NCBI GenBank assembly: GCA_021399345.1
Contig: JAAFKI010000182.1
Location: forward strand, 9,937-73,936
Source of the DNA: Candidatus Heimdallarchaeota archaeon
GTDB taxonomy: Archaea > Asgardarchaeota > Heimdallarchaeia > Heimdallarchaeales > Heimdallarchaeaceae
Reading direction: 5' to 3'
Length of the DNA: 64,000 nt
In this document: piece after piece, positions 32,020-42,908 of the stretch
Layout of the letters: each line of letters starts with the position of its first letter
How positions within the stretch are numbered: position 1 is the stretch's first letter
Notes under the pieces: model-generated
What the model saw: only the letters and a program-made list of their open reading frames with translations
What the model was told of the DNA's origin: nothing
Databases searched by the model: none
Program-made: the position numbers and the translations under genes

Positions 32020-34458
32020 ATGATTAATCATAAAAAGAAAAGAATAGTTCTATTTTATATTATCTCTTCACTTATTCTTTCATTAGCATTCATTTCCATA
32101 AATTCACTAGCTTATGATTTGAATGAAACTGAAACAATTACATTAAATGAATATGACAATGTAGGATATGGAGTTCTTGATGGTAATCGTATAAGAGAAA
32201 ATCAACTATTAGAAACCCAATATGCTACAGATGTGAGATATGTAAAAGAAACTATAGGCTCAACAACACATTCTATGGCTAATGATTCATCTGTATTTAG
32301 AACAAATTTAGATTCTACATACTATGATGATAATTTTCGATATGACATAGAACAATCAACCTGGAGATATAATCCAATTTATATCCAAGCTTTCAATCTT
32401 ACTGGCACAGATCCTAATTTGAGTTTTACAACAGGTGTAAACAACCAAGGAATTCTCACATTAAGTTCACAAACTGCCATTGAAATGGAAGCAGATACCT
32501 ATTATGTCTTCAAAGTTCGTTTACAAGCTGGAGAGATGTATGATTTGAATATGAAATCAATTAGTAGTGTTTCATATTATATTTACTTCAATGATTATTT
32601 ATCTAGATCTGGTAGTGTAAATGGAGAAACTAGGAACATACAACCACTAGCAGCTAGAGGTTCTGGAGATTACTACATATATCTGTTTTCTGGCAATGAT
32701 AACTATGTCGTTTTCGATCCAGTGAAAATAGATGTATCATCAATATCTGCTGGGGTCTTCGTAGCAGGGGACTTTGTTAATGAACCCAATAACATCTGGG
32801 ATGAAGAAAGACAAGTTTTTGTAGATAATGACAATTCTGAGCACGTTGATGCTTATTTTGTAACAATTCCAAAAGGTGTCTATGAATTCAAATACATTCG
32901 ATTTGATGGTGGTATCAATACTAATGCATATGGAATGATTCCTAGCTTATATTATGAAGCAGGACTTCAGAATACTTATTTCAATATCGAGATAGGATCA
33001 TCATTTGACGATAAATTCGTGTTCAGCTTCGAATATGATACAAAAGTTCTTGTTTATATCACTGCAGAAAGAGACGGTACTGATTATATTGAATTTGATT
33101 ACATATTCTCAGTTGATAAACTGGACTGTCCAACTTTGAAAGCGGGAGAAATTCTTGAATATGAAGATAATTTCTTATGTTTTGGAATCGATGTTAAAGA
33201 AACTCAACTTGCCTATTTCAATATTTCAACAGTTGGTTCTGTAATGGTATGGTTTGTAGATTATGAAAATAAGAATCTAGGATATGGAAGTTATTACTTG
33301 CTCGATGACAATACACTTACGGTTGCAAAGCTTCTGCTTCAACCTGGTTATTATTACTTCTTTAATCCAATTGAAGGCTTATATGATTTTGATATTGAGT
33401 ATAATGCAGTATTAGCCGAAGAATTCACAGATTCATTTGATTTTGAACTCAGTCAGCGAGATGGTGGTCCATCAAATTATATGCTTTTCAAAATTGAAAA
33501 TGAAGATTTTGATTTTCATAACTACAACATCAGCTTACTTCCTGCGTTAAACCGTACAGTAGAATTTGGTTGCTACACTTATTTAGAAAACAACCCAATG
33601 GTTTTCTGGGGCACATCTGACTTAATTGGTTATCAACAAGTGGCTGGAATAAACCAAGGATATCCAGTTAACAATACGCAAATGCTGAATTTCCTTTCAA
33701 CAGGAGAACCCACCATTCGTTATGTCCTCTTTGAAATACATGACATTTTCAATAATACAGGATACTCTTGGCCAAGTTATGGAAGTGCTTTTAGCGAACC
33801 AGAAACTGTAACTCTTAGATTTAGTACAGATACCGATAATCCAGATGTTTTTGCTAATGTGAATCTTAATTTTGAAGAACTAGATTTCATTGATAATGGT
33901 AGTTATTTGGTAAATTATGATTTCGATACAACTTATAGTGACTTCGACATATATATGATTCGTGCAACAGTTCCTGAACATACTTGGTACAAGGTTGAAA
34001 TTGTAATTATTGATGGACTCAGAGATAATACCATCTACAATTTGCAGAATCCTGATGGTTACTTCCCAGGTTACTTATATAGGGATGCTGTTTGGAACAA
34101 ATATTACAACTTAGATACTTTCACTCCGACTCACTTCATTAATTATGATGGTTCAAACGTTTCATACGTAACTTTTGACATTGAATTTGGTGTATTTGAT
34201 CCTAATCTAATTTTCATGTTTGGTGTTGACCACACTGCACTGAATGGTTCAATTGAATTCAAATTCATCCCAATCGACTGTACACCTATCTCTTCAATTG
34301 CATCAGTAATTGTGAAAGGATTAGGATTAGGCGGAATAATTGCTCTCGCAGCAATTGGAGGGGTTGCTGGTTTTGGTATACTCGTTTTTGTTGTATTTAG
34401 AGTAGTTATACCCAAAATAAAGTCTAAAACTCCTGCAAGTCCACCAAGTCAATACTAA
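32020..34458 (+). CDS. Large cell-surface protein: signal peptide, beta-rich ectodomain, C-terminal TM anchor
   Basis: KKKR plus hydrophobic signal from the ATG at 32020; Tyr/Asp/Asn-rich ectodomain with many N-x-S/T sequons; GGIIALAAIGGVAGFGILVFVVF anchor and a short basic, Pro-rich tail. Confidence 0.82.
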   Translation: MINHKKKRIVLFYIISSLILSLAFISINSLAYDLNETETITLNEYDNVGYGVLDGNRIRENQLLETQYATDVRYVKETIGSTTHSMANDSSVFRTNLDSTYYDDNFRYDIEQSTWRYNPIYIQAFNLTGTDPNLSFTTGVNNQGILTLSSQTAIEMEADTYYVFKVRLQAGEMYDLNMKSISSVSYYIYFNDYLSRSGSVNGETRNIQPLAARGSGDYYIYLFSGNDNYVVFDPVKIDVSSISAGVFVAGDFVNEPNNIWDEERQVFVDNDNSEHVDAYFVTIPKGVYEFKYIRFDGGINTNAYGMIPSLYYEAGLQNTYFNIEIGSSFDDKFVFSFEYDTKVLVYITAERDGTDYIEFDYIFSVDKLDCPTLKAGEILEYEDNFLCFGIDVKETQLAYFNISTVGSVMVWFVDYENKNLGYGSYYLLDDNTLTVAKLLLQPGYYYFFNPIEGLYDFDIEYNAVLAEEFTDSFDFELSQRDGGPSNYMLFKIENEDFDFHNYNISLLPALNRTVEFGCYTYLENNPMVFWGTSDLIGYQQVAGINQGYPVNNTQMLNFLSTGEPTIRYVLFEIHDIFNNTGYSWPSYGSAFSEPETVTLRFSTDTDNPDVFANVNLNFEELDFIDNGSYLVNYDFDTTYSDFDIYMIRATVPEHTWYKVEIVIIDGLRDNTIYNLQNPDGYFPGYLYRDAVWNKYYNLDTFTPTHFINYDGSNVSYVTFDIEFGVFDPNLIFMFGVDHTALNGSIEFKFIPIDCTPISSIASVIVKGLGLGGIIALAAIGGVAGFGILVFVVFRVVIPKIKSKTPASPPSQY

Positions 34459-34482
34459 TCTTTTTTCTTTTTTTCCTTTTTT
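34459..34482 (+). terminator. Oligo-T archaeal terminator
   Basis: T-rich run (three T tracts broken by C) immediately after the stop codon. Confidence 0.55.
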
Positions 34483-34498
34483 TAAAACTGTATAATCT

Positions 34499-35452
34499 TC
34501 AGATGATTTTTTTTCTAATAAGGCAAAAGAAATCCGTTAAATCAACATTTCCTCCAGATATAATTATTCCCACCTTTTGGTTTTCAAGATTGACTTTTCC
34601 TGATAAAACTCCAGCTAAAGAAACTGCACCAGATGGTTCTACAACAAGTTTCATTCTTGACCAGAGAAACTCCATCGCATTAACAATCTCTTCCTCGGTA
34701 ACTGTAATAATGTCATTAACATGTTCAAGAATAATTTTGAATGTATTTGTTCCAAGTGAAACTCGTAAACCATCAGCAATCGTATTGGGGTTTACCACTG
34801 GGTAAAATTTTTTATCTTTAAATGATTTATATGCATCATCTGCGTTCTTTGGTTCAACCCCAATTACTTTTGTATTTGCACATAAACCCTTTGTAGTTAT
34901 GGCGGTTCCTGATAATAAACCTCCTCCTCCACATGGAGTAAAAATGAAGTCTAATTCACCCGTTTCTTTGATTAATTCATATGAAGCTGTTCCTTGTCCA
35001 TGAATAACATCTAGGTTATTACTAGAATGAATCAAGGTATATCCGTGTTTGTTAATTAATGCTTGAGCTGTTTCCTCTCTATCCTCTGGCTTGGTTCCAC
35101 AAAAAACCACTTTGGCACCATAACCTTTTGTTGCTGCAATTTTAATTTTTGGGGCATTCTCTGGCATAACAATAATTGCATTTACCCCCGCCATTTTAGC
35201 AGCCAAAGATAAGGCTTGAGCATGATTCCCAGAAGAATGAGTTATAACTCCTTTAGTTTTTAATTTTGGGGATAAGCTAGAAATGGCATTGAATGCTCCT
35301 CTAAACTTAAATGAGCCTGTTCTTTGAAAACTTTCCATTTTCAAGAAACAGTTAGCCTTCACTAGTTTATCCAACTTAGAAGATGTCATAATTGGGGTTT
35401 TGTTAATTGTGTTCTCGATTCGACTATAAGCTTCCTCAATCTTTTCTAACAT
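34499..35452 (-). CDS. PLP-dependent threonine/serine dehydratase (serine racemase-like, no regulatory domain)
   Basis: KMESFQRTGSFKFRGA, HSSGNHAQA, CGGGGLLSG, VEPSGA, ISGGNVD. Confidence 0.92.
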   Translation of the reverse strand: MLEKIEEAYSRIENTINKTPIMTSSKLDKLVKANCFLKMESFQRTGSFKFRGAFNAISSLSPKLKTKGVITHSSGNHAQALSLAAKMAGVNAIIVMPENAPKIKIAATKGYGAKVVFCGTKPEDREETAQALINKHGYTLIHSSNNLDVIHGQGTASYELIKETGELDFIFTPCGGGGLLSGTAITTKGLCANTKVIGVEPKNADDAYKSFKDKKFYPVVNPNTIADGLRVSLGTNTFKIILEHVNDIITVTEEEIVNAMEFLWSRMKLVVEPSGAVSLAGVLSGKVNLENQKVGIIISGGNVDLTDFFCLIRKKII

Positions 35453-35497
35453 TTATATCACTTGCATATCCTGAGATCTTCTAGGATTTGTTTCACT

Positions 35498-36871
35498 CTA
35501 ATGCTTACTTTTTCCTGTGAAGTTGAAAGACTTCAGTTTAATCGCAGGACAATTCATGGTAACTCCTGTTTCCACTTTGCTACCAATTAGTGGAATATTT
35601 TTTAGACAAGATGTGAGCTTATCTGTAAACCTGAAGTTCTTGGCTGCTGAAACAATCTCTCCATTTTCAATATACATAATACCATCTCTTGTTAGGCCTG
35701 TAATTGCACCTAATTTCCGATTAACAAAATTTGTATAATGTAACCTATTGATAAAGAAACCTTGTTTGGTTTCCTCAATCATCTCAGGAATTGCTGAATC
35801 TCCTGGATAAAGTGTTAAGTTGATTGGCATCACCATACCAAATATATAATCACTGAAAGGAATTACTTGATGACCTGTACTAAGCCTCTTATCGTTTAAG
35901 TATCTTGATGCAATAAAATTATTATATATTATTGATTTAGGAATACCTTCTTCAACCAGAAAGAGTGGCTTTTTTCTTACACCTTCTCCATCTGTTGGTG
36001 AGGCTAGAAGAGTTTCAGAATTTAAGGGATCATCATGAAGTGTTAATTTTGTATCAAACATTTGAGAACCTATTTGATCAGTTACAAAACTTTGGGATTC
36101 ATGATATCCCAGACCATTAAAGCCAAAGGACAAGAATCTCATTAAAGTACTTGTTGCAGCTGGTGAAAGAATGACCTCATATTCTCCAAGTGAGTAATCT
36201 TTCGCAGAGCATGTACTTACAGATAATTCTGTTGCTTTTCGGGATAGTTCTGCAGGTTTTAGTAAAGACGGATCTCTTTCAAATTGTTCTTCTTTTGCAT
36301 ATCCCTTGCTTTCCTTTTCAGTTAATGAATTAATGATTAAACCATTATATGTGATCTGGTGGGAGATATCTATACCATTAGAATTTAAAATCCTATATCG
36401 AAGATCAGTAATTGAAATGGCCCCTGCCAATTTAGCACTTTTATCTACAGTTTCAGCCTCACCAATCGCTGTTTCGACGATATCAGCACGTTGATATTCA
36501 TCTAGTAAACTTCCAGTAGCATTTATAGAAGGAATCACTTCTTCAGTATCTTCAGAAAAACCTTGAAAAAAGGGAATTTCAGGAATAAAAGAGAGCATCG
36601 TTTCTAGCTGAGAAACAGCTGAATCTATAGCTGTTTTAGTTAGAGATGTTAAAGATAATGTACATATCTTCTTTCCTTTTGATGCCTTGAAGAGAAAACG
36701 GCATGTATGATCAGATACATTTTGATGAATTGTAGAATTTGCAAACCTAGTAAGTGCATGTAATCTATCAACACAACTTATTTCATATGAATCAAATGAA
36801 CTCGATTCAAAGACTTTTACAGCATAATCAGTTAAGGAAATGAATTTTTCTGAGAACATGATATCACTCAT
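35498..36871 (-). CDS. TldE/PmbA family protein
   Basis: TRFANSTIHQN, DGEGVRK, TGLTRDG...IENGEI...NFRF; no HEXXH. Confidence 0.88.
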   Translation of the reverse strand: MSDIMFSEKFISLTDYAVKVFESSSFDSYEISCVDRLHALTRFANSTIHQNVSDHTCRFLFKASKGKKICTLSLTSLTKTAIDSAVSQLETMLSFIPEIPFFQGFSEDTEEVIPSINATGSLLDEYQRADIVETAIGEAETVDKSAKLAGAISITDLRYRILNSNGIDISHQITYNGLIINSLTEKESKGYAKEEQFERDPSLLKPAELSRKATELSVSTCSAKDYSLGEYEVILSPAATSTLMRFLSFGFNGLGYHESQSFVTDQIGSQMFDTKLTLHDDPLNSETLLASPTDGEGVRKKPLFLVEEGIPKSIIYNNFIASRYLNDKRLSTGHQVIPFSDYIFGMVMPINLTLYPGDSAIPEMIEETKQGFFINRLHYTNFVNRKLGAITGLTRDGIMYIENGEIVSAAKNFRFTDKLTSCLKNIPLIGSKVETGVTMNCPAIKLKSFNFTGKSKH

Positions 36872-37035
36872 ATTTTTGAAGTAAGATTTCGTTCTGTGGT
36901 ATTTTAAACGGCAATAGTATTAATAAAAACATTTCTCTGAATCTCGCTAAGAGTTTTTATTTTCACACTTTGTTCGTTTTTGATATCCCATTCTTTCTGT
37001 ATGTCACCAAAATTGTTTTATTCTAATTCTTCACA

Positions 37036-37674
37036 ATGGATGTTATGTTAGAATCTCCTTCTTCTGGTGTGTTCATTTGTGTGGAAGGAATAGATGGTTC
37101 AGGAAAGACCACACATTCTCGATTATTGGTTGGATATCTTTGCTCTCTTGGTTTTGATGCAGTTTATACTACCGAACCTACAAGATATTCATTACCTGGT
37201 CGAAGGCTAAGAGAAAGTTTCTTTGCACCTGAACGATTACCTGTTGAAGAAGAATTTAAACTATTTTTAGAAGACAGAATTATTCATCTTAGGGATGAAG
37301 TGATTCCTCTATTAAAAGATGGTAAGATAGTTATCACGGATAGATACTACTTTTCATCGGTAGCATATCAAGGGTCAAGAGGATTGGATTGGAATTATAT
37401 CTTGGAAGAAAATCAAAAAGTATCAATTATTCCAACACTTGTTTTGCTTCTAGATTTATCTGTTGACGAAGCATTGGCTAGAATCTCTGCTGATAGAGAA
37501 GAAGGAGTAAATACTTTTGAGAAAAAAGAAAACCTTCAAAAAGTCAGCGAAATATACTTGAAACTAGCTGATAAATTTCCTGAACTTATTCATATTATTG
37601 ATGTACATGACTCAATACAAGCTGTTCAAGAAGAACTTCAAACTTTCATTAGTAATTTCTTAGAGATAAGATGA
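37036..37674 (+). CDS. tmk: Thymidylate kinase
   Basis: FICVEGIDGSGKTT, TTEPT, ITDRYYFSSVAYQG. Confidence 0.95.
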   Translation: MDVMLESPSSGVFICVEGIDGSGKTTHSRLLVGYLCSLGFDAVYTTEPTRYSLPGRRLRESFFAPERLPVEEEFKLFLEDRIIHLRDEVIPLLKDGKIVITDRYYFSSVAYQGSRGLDWNYILEENQKVSIIPTLVLLLDLSVDEALARISADREEGVNTFEKKENLQKVSEIYLKLADKFPELIHIIDVHDSIQAVQEELQTFISNFLEIR

Positions 37675-37678
37675 TTAT

Positions 37679-38422
37679 TTATTTCAGATATAAAATAACT
37701 AAAACTAATGCTGCAATTGACAAAAGTATTGCGATAACGTCCAATAATCTGATTCTTACATCAAGATAAAGATTCCTTCTTCTTTTAGGAACAAAACCCT
37801 TAATTGTCATAGATTCAGCAAGATCAATACCTCTATTTATTGAATCTGTTATTAATGGTTTCAGAGTTTTTCTAAAAATATAGATTTGTTTCCGAATTTC
37901 CCATTTTTTAGCAGTTAAACCTTTAATTTTTCTAATATCGTTTATTTCTTGAGCTTCCCTAGCAGTAATTGGAACGAACTGGTAGATTGTAATGATAAAC
38001 CAGACTAACATTGCAGGAATATACATTTTTTCTAATGAAATCGCTAGTTCATAAGGTTCAACTGAGTAGAAGAACCAAGAAATTATCAAAAAAGATGTTG
38101 TAAATCGGCATACAATAATTGCATAAAGAAAGTATACATTTTCAACTGTAAGAGTAATATTTGCCAGAAGAGTAGCTATAAGAGAAAACAATGATAGGAA
38201 GAATAAAGAAATAATGATAAATTTAACTCTGGCTCTAACAATTATTGCTAAGAAAAGAGAGAATACTGCCAAGCTTCCTAGTAAATATATGTTACTAGAA
38301 TAGAGAACACTTGTTAAGAAGATAAGAACGATTACTGATTTGGTTCTTGGGTCAAAACGAAACCGTTTCTTCGAAAGATGTACTTCAATTTCATTTTTAA
38401 CAGTTATTCCCACGATTTTCAC
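37679..38422 (-). CDS. ECF transporter transmembrane (T) component
   Basis: FDPRTK start, TM helices, LAESMTIKGF; adjacent to the ECF ATPase. Confidence 0.82.
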   Translation of the reverse strand: MKIVGITVKNEIEVHLSKKRFRFDPRTKSVIVLIFLTSVLYSSNIYLLGSLAVFSLFLAIIVRARVKFIIISLFFLSLFSLIATLLANITLTVENVYFLYAIIVCRFTTSFLIISWFFYSVEPYELAISLEKMYIPAMLVWFIITIYQFVPITAREAQEINDIRKIKGLTAKKWEIRKQIYIFRKTLKPLITDSINRGIDLAESMTIKGFVPKRRRNLYLDVRIRLLDVIAILLSIAALVLVILYLK

Positions 38423-39894
38423 CCCTTTATGGATTTTGTAAAATTCTTCTTGCTTAATTTAGTTTCAAATTGATTTTTTGGACCTCTAAAGCTGATTTGA
38501 CCATTTTCTAATCCAATAAATTCATCTGCTATTTCTCCAATCCATCTCCAATCATGAGATATTATGATTACAGTTGTTCCATTCTTTTTCATGTTTACAA
38601 TTTGATTTTTTACCCATGATTTATTTTTATCATCTAATCCATTTGTAATTTCATCTAAAATTATTACTTCTGGTTGATGTTGGATTGCAGTAAGAAACGA
38701 TAATCTTCTTTTTTCACCATGTGATAATGAATGAGGATTAAATTGCATTAAATCTCTCAAACCACTGTTTTTCACCATTGTATCGGTGTCCTCAGAAATA
38801 ATTTCCTTTCGGATATTATTTGATATTAATAGGATTTCATCTATTGATGTTTCCTCAAAAAACTGTTTATCTGGATCTTGAAATACAACCCCAATCCTTT
38901 TGGTTTTTTCTGTCCAAGAAAGTGATTGTAGATCTATATTATCTAACTTGATTGAGCCTTGTTTCGGTTTAAGTAGTCCAATTAGAAGCTTTAGAAGAGT
39001 AGTTTTTCCCGACCCATTATCTCCTACAAGAGCCACAATTTTTCCCTTACTAATTTTTAATGAAATGTTTGATAACTGAAATTTTTCTGAAAAATCAAAA
39101 CTTAGATTCTCTATGCTCACTTTAGCTTGCTTATCTGTTTTTTTTTCTTCATCTTCAGTTCTGCTAATTTTATTAGGTTTTTTCCTTTCAATCGCTGAAA
39201 CTTTTGCGATTAAGTTTTCTTCAGCAATCTTTCCCCTTTCAATTCTTATTATTTTTGAAGCGAACTCTAAATATTCTTCATATTCGTGAGTTGCAATTAT
39301 TATGGTTTTCCCTTTTCTATTTAGTTGGATAAATGTGTCGAGTATCAGTTTCTTGTTATTTTGATCCAAGTTTGCTAAAGGCTCATCAGCAACAATTATT
39401 TCCGGATTATCAGCTATAGCTGTTCCAATTGCTACTAATTGTTTTTCTCCTTCCGACAATTCATTTAATTTTCTTTCTATAATTTTTCCTATATTCAAAT
39501 CTCCTACTACTGAATGAACCTTTTCTACTATTTCTTCTCTAGTATAATCCTTATATTCAAGTGGAAATGCAATCTCTGAAAATACGTAAGGGGTTGTGAA
39601 AGAGTTTTCGAGTCGCTGTGGAATATATCCTATAATTTTTGAAAGCTTAGTGTATTGAACATTTGATATTTCGGTACCTTTTAACAGCATTTCCCCCAGT
39701 TTACCCCCCTCATAAAAATTCTCTAGCAAACCTAGAATTGAATAACAAATTGTGCTTTTACCAGATCCACTTACGCCTGTTATGACTATGAATTCACCTT
39801 TTGAGATTGAGAAGTTAAGATTAGATACAGCTGGCTTTTCTCTTGAAAAATAACGAAAACTGAAATTATTAAATGAAATAGTAGCATCTTTCAC
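38419..39894 (-). CDS. ECF-type ABC ATPase with two fused NBDs
   Basis: GVSGSGKST/LSEGEKQ/ADEP and GDNGSGKTT/FQDPDKQF/LSHGEKRR/LDE. Confidence 0.9.
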   Translation of the reverse strand: MKDATISFNNFSFRYFSREKPAVSNLNFSISKGEFIVITGVSGSGKSTICYSILGLLENFYEGGKLGEMLLKGTEISNVQYTKLSKIIGYIPQRLENSFTTPYVFSEIAFPLEYKDYTREEIVEKVHSVVGDLNIGKIIERKLNELSEGEKQLVAIGTAIADNPEIIVADEPLANLDQNNKKLILDTFIQLNRKGKTIIIATHEYEEYLEFASKIIRIERGKIAEENLIAKVSAIERKKPNKISRTEDEEKKTDKQAKVSIENLSFDFSEKFQLSNISLKISKGKIVALVGDNGSGKTTLLKLLIGLLKPKQGSIKLDNIDLQSLSWTEKTKRIGVVFQDPDKQFFEETSIDEILLISNNIRKEIISEDTDTMVKNSGLRDLMQFNPHSLSHGEKRRLSFLTAIQHQPEVIILDEITNGLDDKNKSWVKNQIVNMKKNGTTVIIISHDWRWIGEIADEFIGLENGQISFRGPKNQFETKLSKKNFTKSIKG

Positions 39895-39912
39895 AGTTTT
39901 TCCTCCAAAATA

Positions 39913-40923
39913 CTACTTTTTCTTTATTTCGCTTAGAACTAATTTAAGTATGAATTCTAGCAACTTTTCATTATCCTTTGGAATTTTATTACTTGGTCTA
40001 ATATTCATGCCTGCAGCTGTTAAATGACCCCCACCCGACCCATTAAACTGATTTGCAATACTATTTGCTAAATCACCCAAATTAACATCATTTCTCTTTG
40101 CAAATTGAACAGTGCTTCTAAAACTAATTCGTATTTCATCATCTTGATGTGGTGTCATAACGGCTGCAAAATCAGTTCCAAGCCCAATTAGCGCTCGTGC
40201 TACAGAAGCTTCATAACTGCTAATATACGATATTGTGTAAATATCCTCTCCCTCTTTATGGTGTAATAATCTCTTGGTCCCTTTTATTCTTGCCATTTTT
40301 TCAGATACACTCATAGGTGATTGCAATGTGTTAATTGCTTTTTCATAATCTCCACCACTCTGGATAAGAAATTCTACTATTGAAAATATAGACGCAGATA
40401 TATATCTAAATCTTCTTGAATCAAAAATCATTCCGATTAGAAACAAGGTAGCAATTTTAGGTGGAGGTATAACTTTTAATTCCATATAAATTTGTGATAA
40501 AATTTCTGCTGTTGATGACAATTTTTTGACAATTGCATAGTCAACCTTATCAGTATATTCGTGATGTGAATGGTGGTCAATCACAAAGGATAAAGTTCCC
40601 CTCCCAGTGATGCTTTTTAATGGGAACTCCCCGATTTGGTCTAAATTATTCGTGTCGCAAAGAAAAATGGCATCTAGATTGATATCATCTAGATTGTCAA
40701 GGAATTTTTCTTTTTTAATATCTAACATTCCCTTTGATAGATTACTCATTGTGTGTGAAAACAAGTATATTGATGAAGAAGGGACATATTTTTCAAGAAG
40801 GTATTTCAAACCTATGGCACTTGAAACCGAGTCAGGATCGGCATTTCGATGAGTAAAAATTCCTATATTCTTAACTTTTTCTTGATTAAGTAAATCTACA
40901 ATTTTTATGAATTCTTGAGACAT
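39913..40923 (-). CDS. DHH-family phosphoesterase
   Basis: THRNADPDS, IDHH, GGGHLTAAG (DHHA1). Confidence 0.92.
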   Translation of the reverse strand: MSQEFIKIVDLLNQEKVKNIGIFTHRNADPDSVSSAIGLKYLLEKYVPSSSIYLFSHTMSNLSKGMLDIKKEKFLDNLDDINLDAIFLCDTNNLDQIGEFPLKSITGRGTLSFVIDHHSHHEYTDKVDYAIVKKLSSTAEILSQIYMELKVIPPPKIATLFLIGMIFDSRRFRYISASIFSIVEFLIQSGGDYEKAINTLQSPMSVSEKMARIKGTKRLLHHKEGEDIYTISYISSYEASVARALIGLGTDFAAVMTPHQDDEIRISFRSTVQFAKRNDVNLGDLANSIANQFNGSGGGHLTAAGMNIRPSNKIPKDNEKLLEFILKLVLSEIKKK

Positions 40924-41210
40924 TTAAGCTCCTCCTTGAGAGCTTTTTGCCCGTATTCGAAAAGCTCTTTTTGCAAATTCTCCAATTGTGAGGAAGTTAA
41001 GCCACCAACAATGTCGAAATCTAATGCTAGAGTCAGTATGCTATCTGAGTTTTGAGATAGACTTACCATTATACTGTAATCTGTAAGGAGTTGTCCAAAA
41101 TCATGATTTTGAATATATGCGATTATTTTCTCTTCCACATTAGAAGCTGTTTCTTCCAAATCCTCATTAGACAAGGTTCCTATTCCTATTTCCTCTATTT
41201 CAGATGACAT
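40905..41210 (-). CDS. Small acidic conserved archaeal protein (DUF3194-like)
   Basis: IGIGTLSNEDLEE start and the conserved archaeal position between pfdB and DHH. Confidence 0.7.
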   Translation of the reverse strand: MSSEIEEIGIGTLSNEDLEETASNVEEKIIAYIQNHDFGQLLTDYSIMVSLSQNSDSILTLALDFDIVGGLTSSQLENLQKELFEYGQKALKEELKCLKNS

Positions 41211-41253
41211 TTTATTTACTCTTAAGATAATTAAAGAAGAGCTAAGTTGGAAA

Positions 41254-41595
41254 TTATTTCTTTCCCATGAGCTTCTCTTGCAATTCTTTCACAGACGACA
41301 TTAGTTTTTTTTCTCTATTTGTTAAAGAGGAAAGTCTAACATCAATTTTTTCTTGTTCTTCTGTAAGGTGATTTTTAACATCATCAACATTTGATTGGAA
41401 CAACAATCTTCCTGCAGAACGATAAATTACTGCAGAAGGATCCATATCTTTCGTTTCTTTCAATGCTATATCTACATCACGTTTTTCCAACTCTTGTTGT
41501 TGTAAATTCATTCGAATAGCTTCCAATTGCTGAACAAGTTGATTAAAACGTTGAACATCTTCCTGTTGCTCTGGTGTAATTTGTGGGGCTGCCAT
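41254..41595 (-). CDS. pfdB: Prefoldin beta subunit
   Basis: Coiled coil, VIYRSAGRLLF beta hairpin, coiled coil. Confidence 0.92.
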   Translation of the reverse strand: MAAPQITPEQQEDVQRFNQLVQQLEAIRMNLQQQELEKRDVDIALKETKDMDPSAVIYRSAGRLLFQSNVDDVKNHLTEEQEKIDVRLSSLTNREKKLMSSVKELQEKLMGKK

Positions 41596-41733
41596 TTGTT
41601 TACTCTCACTTATATTCTAAAACTATGCAACAACACAAATAAGATAAATCTTTTGATAAAAGGGAAACGTTACACATACAAATATTGAGAGAATCTGATT
41701 TTTCTATTCTCGTTTACAAGAAATTACAAATCA

Positions 41734-41770
41734 CAAAAAAAATAAAAAATAAAAGAAAAAAGAAAAAAAT
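41734..41770 (-). terminator. Long oligo-T terminator after actin
   Basis: About 36-nt A-rich run on the plus strand (T-rich on the coding strand) directly after the actin stop. Confidence 0.6.
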
Positions 41771-41771
41771 C

Positions 41772-42908
41772 TTAGATACAGCGATAAACTGAGGTAGGAC
41801 CAATTTCTCTATATTCTTTGCGGGTAACCCACAATTTAGCGAATGTTTTTAGAGAACTTAAAATACTACCACCAATCCAGACTGAATATCTTCTTTCAGG
41901 AGGTGCAATGATTTTAACTTCCATTGTCTCTGGGACAAGTTCAGTTAATTCCTTGTGCAAACGTTCCTTAAGACCTGGGAACATTGTTGAACCACCGGAT
42001 AGAACAATATTGGCATAAAGATCTCTTCGGAGATCGACATCACAATTCTGGATGGATCTATAGATTAATTCATCTAATGGGTTTTCTTCTGAACCTATAG
42101 CACCTGGATTAAAGCACAACTCGGGAGCCATGAAACGCTCGGCACCAATGGTTAATGTTTCACCATCGGGTAATGTGTAAGTTTTTTCCATTCCAGATAC
42201 CTTTTCTGCTAGTTTTAGTTCTTTTTCAGGATCTAAAGCTACGTAACAAAGGCGCTCTTTAATATCACGGACAATTTCTCTTTCAGCACTGCTGGATAGA
42301 GAATAACCTCTTTGACGTAGAAGTCTTCTGAGGTAATCTGTAATATCTCGACCACCAATATCGGATCTATGAATGGCATGGCTTATAGCGAAACCCTCGT
42401 AGACAGGGACAATGTGAGTAACCCCATCTCCAGAATCTACAACTATACCAGTTGTACGACCAGAAGCATAAAGTGATAGAATAGCCTGCATTGAGATATA
42501 CATAGCAGGAACATTGAATGTATCAAACATTAATTCTGCCATTTTTTCTTTGTTTTGATTTTTGTTTAATGGAGGTTCAGTTAATAGAACAGGATGTTCG
42601 TTAGGATTGACTCTTAAATCATTGTAAAATGTATAATGCCAAATTCTCTCCATTGCATCCCAGTCTTGAACTTGTCCATGTTCGACAGGATAAACAAGTT
42701 TCAAAACACCACGGAGGTTAATTGCTTCCTCGCCTATGTAATACTCGCGGACATAGTGTTCAACATCAGTCATAATGATCTGATATTTTGGATAACCAAT
42801 AATTGTTGGAAAAACACTTCTTGGTTGATCTTCGCCTGCAAAACCGTTCTTTGTAAAACCAGTACCGTTATCTATAACCAGCGGTTTATTTTGAATCATC
42901 TCTTCCAT
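41772..42908 (-). CDS. Actin (conserved Asgard/Lokiactin type)
   Basis: [93 protein letters not shown]. Start taken at MEEMIQ (ORF track extends to GTG 42917). Confidence 0.97.
   Translation of the reverse strand: MEEMIQNKPLVIDNGTGFTKNGFAGEDQPRSVFPTIIGYPKYQIIMTDVEHYVREYYIGEEAINLRGVLKLVYPVEHGQVQDWDAMERIWHYTFYNDLRVNPNEHPVLLTEPPLNKNQNKEKMAELMFDTFNVPAMYISMQAILSLYASGRTTGIVVDSGDGVTHIVPVYEGFAISHAIHRSDIGGRDITDYLRRLLRQRGYSLSSSAEREIVRDIKERLCYVALDPEKELKLAEKVSGMEKTYTLPDGETLTIGAERFMAPELCFNPGAIGSEENPLDELIYRSIQNCDVDLRRDLYANIVLSGGSTMFPGLKERLHKELTELVPETMEVKIIAPPERRYSVWIGGSILSSLKTFAKLWVTRKEYREIGPTSVYRCI

Noticed and set aside
34410-34458. Tail PASPPSQY as a viral-type late domain (PTAP/PPxY)
   Set aside because: It matches neither consensus exactly; kept only as a weak remark.
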